Assembly: GCA_951406725.2 (NCBI GenBank)
Contig: OX597823.1
Coordinates: 94,612,001-94,676,000, forward strand
Source: Octopus vulgaris
Lineage: Eukaryota
Length of the DNA stretch: 64,000 bases
Reading direction: 5' to 3'
Shown piece after piece: positions 50,488 to 60,945 of this stretch. Made by a program: the position numbers and the translations under genes. The notes under the pieces are model-generated. The model saw nothing but the letters and a program-made list of their open reading frames with translations, was not told the origin of the DNA and made no database searches. Each line of letters opens with the position of its first letter. Positions within the stretch are counted from its first letter, which is position 1.

Positions 50488-51116
50488 ACGAAAGTGAATT
50501 TCTGTAAAATTTCCTTAAAAATTAAGTATTATTCAGACTATCACAAAGAAAGAAATCATAAGACAGTTTGGGGGTCCTAATGTATATATATCGAGAGAGG
50601 TGGGGCCCTAATGTGTAGTTATAGTTCAGGTTCTTGCGTAGTTGGTTCGATCTGACACGAGACGAAGTTGAAAAAGAAGTGATGAGTTACGAAAGTGAAT
50701 TTCTGTAAAATTTCCTGGCGATCCTTCGGTATACGTACCGTAAGTACCGGAAGTGGCTTTGTTTACATTTCTGAAGATAACAGAAACCCTTTTCTCCCAC
50801 CCCTAACCCTAACCCCCCCTCCCCATATATACAAAAAAAACACTTTCTTGAAATTTATCCGGTACTTCCGGTACGTATACCGAAGTTACGCCTCCCTTAA
50901 AAATAAGTATTATTCAGACTATCACAAAGAAAGAAATCATAGGACAGTATGGGGGCCCTAATGTGTATATATATCGAGAGAGAGAGGTGGGGGCCCTAAT
51001 ATGTATATATATCAAGAGAGAGAGGTGGGGGCCCTAATGTGTAGATATAGGTCAGGTTCCGGCGTCATTGGTTCGACCTGACACGAGACGAAGTTGAAAA
51101 AGAAGCGATGAGTTAC
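50488..51116 (+). repeat. Tandem duplication of the SNX3/12 upstream region (50488-50691 vs 50689-51116)
   Basis: Shared AAGTATTATTCAGACTATCACAAAG...GACACGAGACGAAGTTGAAAAAGAAG; internal GGGGCCCTAATGT sub-repeat x2 vs x3. Confidence 0.85.
50717..50892. mobile_element. 176-bp MITE with ~35-bp TIRs and internal CCCTAACCCTAACCC
   Basis: GGCGATCCTTCGGTATACGTACCGTAAGTACCGGA / TCCGGTACTTCCGGTACGTATACCGAAGTTACGCC; absent from the paralogous upstream duplicate (empty site at ~50515). Confidence 0.85.
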
Positions 51117-51148
51117 GGGCCTTGAGTTGTCATAAAGTGATTACGTCA
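51057..51148 (+). promoter_or_regulatory. Putative SNX3/12 proximal promoter motifs
   Basis: TTCCGG (ETS-like, 51057), GCGTCA (half CRE), ATTGG (inverted CCAAT, 51067) and TTACGTCA (CRE/ATF-like, 51141) in a CpG-rich stretch before the ATG. Confidence 0.45.
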
Positions 51149-51174
51149 GAAGCCGTCGGGGCCCAACAGTCAGG

Positions 51175-51327
51175 ATGAATACGGCCACTGCTCGCATTCA
51201 ACCCAAAAAACAAACTTTAGAAGATGCCTATTCACCTCCGGCCAATTTTCTAGAAATAGACGTCTGCAATCCACAAACACATGGACTAGGCAAAAAGCGA
51301 TACACCGATTACGAAGTCCGAATGAGG
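51175..51327 (+). CDS. SNX3: Sorting nexin 3/12 (PX domain), coding exon 1
   Basis: MNTATARIQPKKQTLEDAYSPPANFLEIDVCNPQTHGLGKKRYTDYEVRMR matches the SNX3/SNX12 N-terminus (DAYGPPSNFLEIDV.NPQT...YE.R.R). Donor AGG|GTGAGT, phase 0. The next exon (TNLP.F...RRRYSDF) was not found in the window. Confidence 0.93.
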
Positions 51328-51816
51328 GTGAGTATTAGTTTAATTAACTACGAAACGACACCACTTTGCGATATTAATTGCTATTTGAATGATTAATGGT
51401 TACGGATGATATATATAAACATGATGTTGAATAATGGCAATAATGTTGTAATTGGCACGAACCATAGACAACAGGAACAAGATCTTATACATTTAGTTTA
51501 TCTACGTTTTTGCTTCCCCGTCTCGATTCTTTTCTGCGTTCAAATCCCGCCCCAAGTTTTCACTTTTATTGTCATCCTTTCACCGTCAACACAAGCAGAG
51601 CCATACATATTAAAGGAATCGGGAACGTGGTGGGGTCAATTGAGTTTAACATATCTACAAATCGTTCTTTCCTCTCTTGATTACTAACGTAGCAAAACAA
51701 AAAAAAAATGGAAAAGAAGAAAAATAGGGTGGATTTGAGCTTCAGTAAAAGAGTTGACAATCCTTGTTGAAGCACGAATCTTATCTTAGCTTTACTCCGT
51801 TTTAGACTAACTATTG

Positions 51817-51870
<54 letters not shown>

Positions 51871-52290
51871 ATGTGTGTGTTGTACAGACATCAAAATTGT
51901 TTAGGAATCCATGTTAGGGTGTGTGTTCTGGTTAAAAACCAGGATTACATATTCTGCAATTGGATTTACCAGCATTCTAAATAGTTGATGTTCTTGTTCT
52001 ATAAAACCTGTTGTTTGTTGTAACAACTCTGCTAAAGGTTACTATAATGAAAGAAAATAATAATAATATTTATGTAAGTAATTAGATATATGTGTAGAGA
52101 AAGAATAATCATTCCGTTAATTACGGATTTAGTGAATTATATTTTTAATCGAATATTTTTAATTTGTTGTCATTTTAAAAACAAATCTCATTCATCTTTA
52201 TCGACTTCGGATTGACTGACAATGGCTGCAGAGCTAACGGAACCGGGTTTAACTAGACATATATCATTATTCGCATACATACATATACAT

Positions 52291-52379
<89 letters not shown>

Positions 52380-53979
52380 TGACGAGTTTTTTGATATTTT
52401 CCCCGTAACTGTGACGTTCTTTTATGCCTTTCAGTCCGAAATCTGTAGCCTTGCTGGGGCACCACCAATGTTATTACCTTTTCAGTGACCATTCTTATCC
52501 GATTGGCCTTTCGGTGAAGATTTTCATCGCATTTCGGGGAAATATGCACGCGTAGATAGATAGAGGTGTGTGTAGCTATGAGTGTATGTAGTTATAGATA
52601 TACAGCTATATTTAGCCTCTACCGAAGAACACGATGACCATCGTCTGTAGAACTATGGCACCGTAGTTCGGCATTAACACTCAAATTACCCCCACCTGTA
52701 TGTATTACGCAAACGCACATATATGTATAACACTCCACATTTGTATCTTTGTTAGGGGGCGGTTCTGTTTGGTGTTTGTCGGGTCAACACAGTTTTCTTG
52801 TCTCGATATGTACGACATGCGCACGAGTTGTAATAACGTGGCTACACAAAATATATTTTACATATAAGACATTTATCGGCGAAAGTAAAGAGTATGTAAA
52901 CCCAGTGTTTAGGGTTTTGGTTAAGCCGAAAACGGGTGGCGTACGTAGTCGTTAACTCTGTCCGTTTATTTATATCAGTTTCCGTGTTGAAGTCCACAAC
53001 CTATATCCTACATTAATAAGTTCCTTACTACGTGAAATAACACTGGATACGTAAATTAAGAAATCTGAGGTTTCAGGTGTTCATAGCTTTGTTTTTCAAC
53101 CCTGCCCCCTGTGAAGTGATTCTAAATGAGAATCGAAACCGTAATCAAAGGACTGCATTGTCAAATGTGTCCTTCCAATCCCGAGTCTGTGGGCGTATAA
53201 TTTACAAGATACTTGTCTGCTATCAGTTTGATGGCCTGCGTAGAGATTCCCTTGTCGGTTTGTATGACGCCTGTGTTGTTGTTTAACTCCACATCAACCG
53301 TGATCGAGTAAATTTATGCTCAAAAGGCGCCTCATATGTGACCACTCCGTTTGTTTTGCTTTTCCTCTGTACCAGAGACTACATTTCTTAATGTGTCCTA
53401 TTACTTTTGAGACTGCTTCGACTGCTGTCTTTGGTAGGCCTAACGACTACCTTGAAGGTCCCTTCCTTGATTTACATGGAATTATTCTGCAGTTATTTGT
53501 ATAAACATTATAATAACTGTGGAAATTAACGCCTGAATTTTTAAAAAAAAACACATATCCTAAATTGCTGTCCACACCCTTCACAGACGGGGAAACTTAA
53601 TCTCCACAAAGTTAGGAGGCGACATTTAACTCTTAATATTTGGTTTAAATATCTATGAATGAAATAAAGAATATGTGGGGCTACACTCCAGAACTGCACA
53701 CCATTATTTTAGGTAATGTCTTTCTCTCGTCCCTCTTTGATTGCATTTCCTATTTATTTTTCTGTGAAAATAATTCGGCCCTCCAGTTTCTTGGGGGAGG
53801 GGGGAGAAAAAAAAACTATTACTTGTCAGTAGAAATCTGTTTTTTTTTTTCCTTCTTTTGCTTTGACCTAATTTAAGAAACTGATCTGACATGGGAGGGT
53901 GTTTCATATATAATTGTATGTATGTGTATACACACACACACACACTTCGTTTTCGCCATAGTGTCTAAAACCATGTTCG

Positions 53980-53992
53980 ATCTATCTATCTA

Positions 53993-54046
<54 letters not shown>

Positions 54047-54230
54047 TATCTATCCATCTATCTATCCATTCGTCTATCTATCCATCTATCTATCCATTCG
54101 TCTATCCATTCGTCTATCTATCCATTCGTCTATCTATCCATCTATCTATCCATTCCTCTATCTATCTATCTATCTATCTATATATATATATATATATATA
54201 TATCCATCCATCTATCCATCCCTCTATCCA
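53980..54230. repeat. (TA)n / (CTAT,CCAT)n compound microsatellite
   Basis: Read directly; other long (TA)n tracts at 22440-22491, 51818-51867, 52300-52377 and 56322-56378. Confidence 0.9.
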
Positions 54231-55959
54231 CATCCATAGTCTGAAGAAGGCCAACTTCGAAGTCACTGTCGCTCCTATTCTTGTAAATGTATTATGCGCG
54301 CGCACGTACATGGTGGTAAAATGCTTATTGGAACCGATGGGGATAACTGCTGGAGACAGAATAAATAAGATAAATGCGATTCGTTGTTTGTACGAAAAGT
54401 TTATGAATGACCGCGTTATTGAGAGGAAATGCTTCGTGCGAAGAGGTGGAGCCCGTGTGTAAGTTGTACAATGTGGCTGATCCACCCCCGAAAAATCGGC
54501 AGAGATTTGAGGTGTGTGTGTGTGTGGACTCATAATAAACCTGTGTGCGTATGGGATATGCGTATATATTACACACACGCGCGCACATGTATATGGTATT
54601 GTTGTCTACATGTTTATACACGCAAAATCCAGCGTGTGTTTGTGCATAGATTTCAGTGTATGTGTATACACACACACACACACTATGTTTATGAGGAGAA
54701 AGGACATCGATATTAAACAGTGTTCGATACATTACATGTCGTGGCGATTGATTTAATTTAAATGTTCTTAATTATAATATTTATCTTGACAACTAGAAAT
54801 CAGCTCTTAGTTTATATAATATGTACGTGTGTGTGTGTGTAATTGCGCGCGCGGACACACAACCACAAACACTCGGTGTTCTGTGAAACTATTTAAAGAA
54901 GCACTTAAAAATTTACGCATGTCTGTATGATGTGATTAGGGTGTATAATGGTGATTTTTGAAAACTGATATATCTTTATATGTGGTTGGCGTGGATGAAT
55001 ATCTTGTCTCAATTACTATCTTAAACTTTGTGTTCCGGTTTGCAACGTTTAATTATCTCTTGATAAGCTTTGCTCGTTCTCATTAAAACTTGTTTGACGA
55101 AATATTTCGGTAGATGTTGGTTAATATTCCTTTCATTTTGCATAACTTCTTGGAAAACTATATCTCACTTTCCCTTTCTTCTGTGGTTTTTTTTTTTCTC
55201 TTTAAGAACTCCGCCCGAATTTTGGCGAATTTTGAACGGGGACGGGAGTCATCAGTTTTCGTTTTCCTAATTCTGCCTTCCCAGATGAACGAAATAAAAT
55301 TTCAAAATATTTTAAAATACCGTCGGATCAGGTGGTTGCTGTTGGTTACATCCATATATGTGACCTGATTAAGCAGATTTAAGATCAGCGACGTTCCAGT
55401 CGTGACCAACTACTCTCTCTTTCCCTTCTCCCAGGCATAATATCTCTAGGATTACATTACCTACGATATTTTTTTTTTTATTAAGGTAGCTGGGTACTTC
55501 TTTTTCCTCTGGTTTCGTCAGTGGATGGGCAGTGATCATCCCCCTCTTACCCCCCCCTTTTTTTTTGCAACCCCCTAAGATTGGTCATGGAAGGGGCTAT
55601 AGTCAGAAGAAATAATGACTCGTGGTTTCTCTTTAAGTCGGAATTACAGAGTTGATTCCACTGAAGGCCAGATGATGGTTGTGCTCGGCTACTACCGTCC
55701 GCCCGTCCCCCTCCAATCTAGTTTCCCCTTTACCCAATTACCTCAGTATTCAACATGTGCCTCATAAACAGATTTGTGGTCACGTGCCAAGATCAAACAT
55801 GGGTGTGGTTGTGTATAGAAAAGCTTGATACCCAACCATGAGGTCTCGAGTACGGCTTGAACCTTGAGCAAGGGTCTTCAAACTTGGCCTCAGGCCAAAG
55901 GTCAACCAAAGCCTTGTGAGTGGATTTGGCAAACAGGAATTGAAAGAAGCACATCATGA

Positions 55960-56015
<56 letters not shown>

Positions 56016-56317
56016 ACATCACATGATGGCTCTCAACAAGCATCACCATCGTACAAGTGATGTCATTTATTTCTGAGGAAATATTACTTTGCTTGGGAAC
56101 AGGTGAGGGTTGGTGGCAGGAAATCTGCCTCAACAAATTCTGTCTGACCCGTGCGCACATCTTGTGCTGGGGAATGATTTAAGTATACATAGTCGAGCGC
56201 TTTTGATTTTGTTGTTGTTGTTTAACCTGACTACAGATCTGATACAGCTGACCTGTGATAAACGCCATTTCACTTGTGATCATTCCCTCTCTGTGTGTGT
56301 GTATATATATTTATATA

Positions 56318-56381
<64 letters not shown>

Positions 56382-56592
56382 TATGGTTAAGCAGTCTGCA
56401 TCCCAACCACACCATTTTGAACTCAGTTCTTTTGCATGGCCTCTTGGACAAACCCCAAGCTGACAAAAGCCTTGCAAATGGATTTAATAAGGGAAACTAA
56501 AAAGAGCTCTTTGTGTACATATGTATATGTGTGTCCCCACAAAATTTCAGGCCCTGCACCTATAGTAGAAAGGATTATTATTATTATTAATT

Positions 56593-57135
56593 GAGTGAGA
56601 GAGCAGTGCATGCCATCAAAATGACACTGGGTTAAAATATACGAAGTCCAGTATACCCGTCTGATAAGGGTACACTAGGCACATGCAACAATATGATATG
56701 TGCGCAACATGGCGATCTTATATCAAGATAAACAACTCATGATCTTGCAGGTGGGGCCCAGTTAGAATTTCCTTCAGATTGAGTATCCAATTCCGCTCAA
56801 AAGATCCCTGAATAGTGGTTGCTTGAGGATGTTGAACAAAACACCCATGTTTCCAAGGGCGAACTATCCAAACCCCAAAGAATCCCTCTCAACACATGTC
56901 TATGATGCTCCCCCACTACTTCTGCTTGTGATCAGAGATGCACATATTGTCAGCCACCAAGGGACATACTCAACTGGTTACGATCAAACAACTGACAAGC
57001 AAATCTGTGGTATTGAGCAGAATATTTGCTGTAGCCCATCTTTTATACCAAGACAAAACAATGAACATGATAACACTTCCGATCAGTTAAGATGAGAAGC
57101 CATGAGAGTCACTGCCTGGTACTACATCAGAGCAT
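56593..57135. mobile_element. Second copy of the TTA-embedded ~555-bp element
   Basis: Colinear with 39621-40176 and has the same termini. Confidence 0.8.
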
Positions 57136-59416
57136 TTATTATTATTACTATTATCATCATCATCATCGTCATTATTGTTATTATTATTATTATTTGTGTC
57201 TGCTACTAACAGAAACTAGCAATAAGATTACGTAAGTCTTGAGTTTATGAAGATAATTAGAAGTTTTTGAGATGGTTTGCTACATAATGTTGAAAATGTT
57301 AGCTTAGATAACACAAGCTAGGCTTTTACTTCCCTCTCCTTCTCTCTGCCCCCCCCCCTCCAGTCACTGATTATATATTTTATTAGGACAAAGGGCAGAA
57401 ATGATACGATTTATTGATGTTTTGACTGTTTTTCATGTTCATCTTGACCTTTTGTCTACATTTTCTCTTTAATTATGCTTTAAAAACTTTGTGTAAATTA
57501 TTTAAAACTTTGTTTTACAATATCCACTGTACACTTTCGTTGGGAAGTGGATTTTTTTTTTATACTTTCAATATTTTGTGGAAGCACAGGGTGGCACCCT
57601 AACAGAACTGTTAGCGTTGGAGGAAATGCCTTTTCAGTATTTCTTCTGGCATTTTACATTCTGGGATCACATCCTGCTGTGATCAACTTTGCCTTTTGTT
57701 CCTGCAGGGGTTGATGGCATCAACTAACCCATCAAATTCACTAGTGCTGCCCTAAATTAGAAGCAGTATTTTGTCAAAGCATGGACAATGGATTGGCTAG
57801 GTTGTCACTTGACCAATTGATGTACCAATGGTTTACGTCTTGCAGCTGGCAGTGAAATGTGATTGTGGCTAATATTCAAAACTAAAAAACGTCCCAGTCG
57901 ACACCATTTTAACATGCACTTTTTCATGCTAGCCTGGGTCAGGTGGGGTTCATTTTGAGGCAGGTTTTCTATGACTAGATGCCCTTCTTGTCACCAACTC
58001 TCACTTGTCTCCAAGCAATGGAATATTCCCCCATTGCCAGACATATTTTCCCACAGAAACATGAAACAAATGACATTGCTTTTATGATAGTGATATTCAG
58101 TTATAACCATCACACAATGTCACTTCAAGAGGATGGACACGGACACACACACACATCATCATCATCTGTTTGACAGGTGCTGGCAAGCCAGAGGGCTGCA
58201 CTGGGCTCTAAGCATGGTTTCTACAGCTGGATGCCTTTCCTAATACCAACCACTCTGAGAGTGTAGTGGGTGCTTTTCACATGGCACTGGCATCGACCAC
58301 GTTCGGATGGTGCTTTTTACATGGCACCAGCATGGAGTGCCACTCAGGGGGCACTGGCATCGGAGCCTCTCGGGGCACTGTATACCCAAAAATATTTCTG
58401 TTTCCTCTGAAAGTGTATTTCTAATCAAATTTATGAGCCATCTTTCTGTGTTGTGGTCCTACTTTAAGACAAGTGCTTTGTTGACTTGCAGTGCTGGGTT
58501 TAACTCTTCCAAATGCCTCTCAAGAGACTCGCCTTCAATACTTCCCTTGTCCGACCAAATTTCACCAACTCAAACTCTGTGTTTGACCAGAATTCCTCAG
58601 TTGTCTTTCTCCACTTTGGATTTTAAATCTGGTCCTGACTCCCAAGCTGTGTACCAGTAGCCCATTCTACATTAACCCTTAAACATTTAAACTGGCCACA
58701 TCCTGCCAGATATTCTCCCTGCTTTATGTTCAGACTGACCAGATCCAGCCTCTCACACCTACCCTACAATGTCATACTAAAAATAAACAATCACATCATT
58801 GAAATCTCAGAGCTATGAGATAATCTTCCATGCTTTCTGAGATTCGCCAACACTACACCTGATTTTCTCCCCTCCATACACACACAAGCATGTATCTGAC
58901 TCATACATTGTTCGCTTTCCAGACATTTGTACATTACTGCATACACTTTATATGCACTTTCTGACAAGTTGTGGTGCACCTGAGCACTGTATACAATAAT
59001 TTCCTTATTATTATTAATCCATGATTAGTTCAAAACCATGTGAACAAATAAATAAGGAATCTGAATTCTAAAGGGTTAAACTCATCACATACAACTATCC
59101 ACCACCAAGTAGACATCTTCCTAGGCCATGCATGATAGCCTCCACTTCCAATGTGTTGATATTTCCATATATCTGGGATTTATGTTTTTTTATGTTCCAT
59201 TAGTAGACAGGTCCTTCCATTTCATACCTTATGTGTATAGTAACATTACCAGACTTTTGTTGAGTATAATGTCTGCTTTATTTAACCTTTTTTGTTACTC
59301 TGTTCCCAATAAGTTACATTGGCACACAGACAGGCTGTGTGCTTAAGGGGTTTATTCTTCAACCACATGTCTTCAGGTTTGGTCACACCGAGTGGTGCCT
59401 TAGACAAATGTCTTCT

Positions 59417-59802
59417 GTTAGAAAATTACTATTTTAAAATCTCACAGCAAGAGATATTCAGCAACAGTACTTTGGGGTAAAGATTATTTGCCAACATAAC
59501 ATGGCAGTCCTGGTTTAGGACGAATGTTGCTTTAATTTAGCCCCGGGAGACACCATTTTCAGCTGACTATACGACACGATCTGTGTCCTTATATTTTCAA
59601 ACAAGGGAATCTAGCACCCCCACTCATGATACACAGATATTGTTTTGAGCTGGGTAGGGGTGCTAGATTCCCTTGTTCGAAAATATAAGGACACAGATTG
59701 TGTCGTATAGCCATCTGGAGACGATGTCTCCTGGGGCTAAATTACAGCAACATTCATCCTAAACCAGGACTTCCATGTTATGTTGGCAAACAATCATTAC
59801 TC
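59417..59802. mobile_element. Fold-back (inverted-arm) insertion inside a family-B SINE
   Basis: Arms at ~59471-59620 and 59657-59806; 12-bp direct repeat CAAATGTCTTCT at 59405-59416 and 59803-59814; diverged single-arm relative at ~36165-36355. Confidence 0.75.
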
Positions 59803-60650
59803 CAAATGTCTTCTACTATAGCATACCATATTGAGTTTTAACACAAGTCATGGGCTCTATAAGCTGCAGGGGCTGAGGAGAGTAATTTTGAATAACACCC
59901 AAAACAAGGTCCAAACACCCATCAACTTGCATTTGTTAGGAATCACCATCTCTAATGCTGATGATTTGATGAAAAGCTCTTAGTCTACAATGTAAGACAA
60001 AGTTGGTTTGCTTCTCCCTTGTTTTTGATGTTGTTGTCTGTTAATTGATATCAGCCAGGATAAATGAAGAGACTCAAGTTGAGATTGGCTCAACTTTATT
60101 GCAGTATTATATATACATACTAGCGGATAAACCCAGTTTCACCCAGTCAGTTTGGATGATGTGGCTGTAATACCTGCTCTGTGTAAGCATTCAACTTGTT
60201 TGGGCACGCTTACGTTAAAAAACAATTTTAGAATGACGTTTTTTTCTGTCAAAACTAAAAATAACTGACCAACAAAAACAAACCAACCAAGATTCAAACA
60301 AATCAAAAGATAAACCCAAATACTAAGCGAACAAAGATGAACCATCCCACTTCCATTGCACACACACACATTCACATACCCCCCCCCCCTTTACATACAC
60401 ACACATATAGTCACAAAGTTGAAAAGATGTTTGATTTATTTTTTAGCATACAGTTTTCATCATTCCTCTACCAAGTATGACATCACTCCTTCCTTCCTTA
60501 TTCATTTATCACCCCTTCCGTTCTCATTCATAAACACAAAAGTATTATTATAGTAGATTATCTCAGTAACCATGGGAACTATAAAAAAAATACAAAGCCC
60601 AGCAACACCACCAGATGTTAAACAGGGCAGGGCCTGTTGAGGAAAAGAAA

Positions 60651-60945
60651 TTATGTTTGCAGTGTACCTATATGCTGTGATCCTGAATTGGGCAGGGGAC
60701 GTATGGCCCGTGGTCCCAGCTTTGGATGACCCTTGAAACTAATGTTCAGGTCGTTTGGGCAAAGTTGGCAGTATATTCTCCACATTGTACAAATGATGTA
60801 CCGCTCGCAGCGGCGCTGGAGAGAGTAGAGTTTCAAGGCTTTAAGGCAGTCCCAATATGTAACAATTGGGCTGTGTTTCTTAGACTCTGAGTTTTTAGGG
60901 TTTCCCTCATTCCACCCTCTGGAACACTGTTCCAGTACTGTTCAT
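60651..60945 (-). pseudogene. CR1/L2-group LINE ORF2 C-terminal remnant
   Basis: Minus translation YWDCLKALKLYSLQRRCERYIICTMWRIYCQLCPNDL fits YW.RL..L.LYSL.RRRERY.II..WKI...PN. Confidence 0.75.

Noticed and set aside
51328-51396. C-terminal part of the 73-aa SNX ORF
   Set aside because: Read-through past the GTGAGT donor; similarity to SNX3/12 stops at YEVRMR.
52222-52260. ATGGCTGCAGAG... as an alternative SNX first exon
   Set aside because: No good splice donor or homology; the ORF runs into (TA)n.
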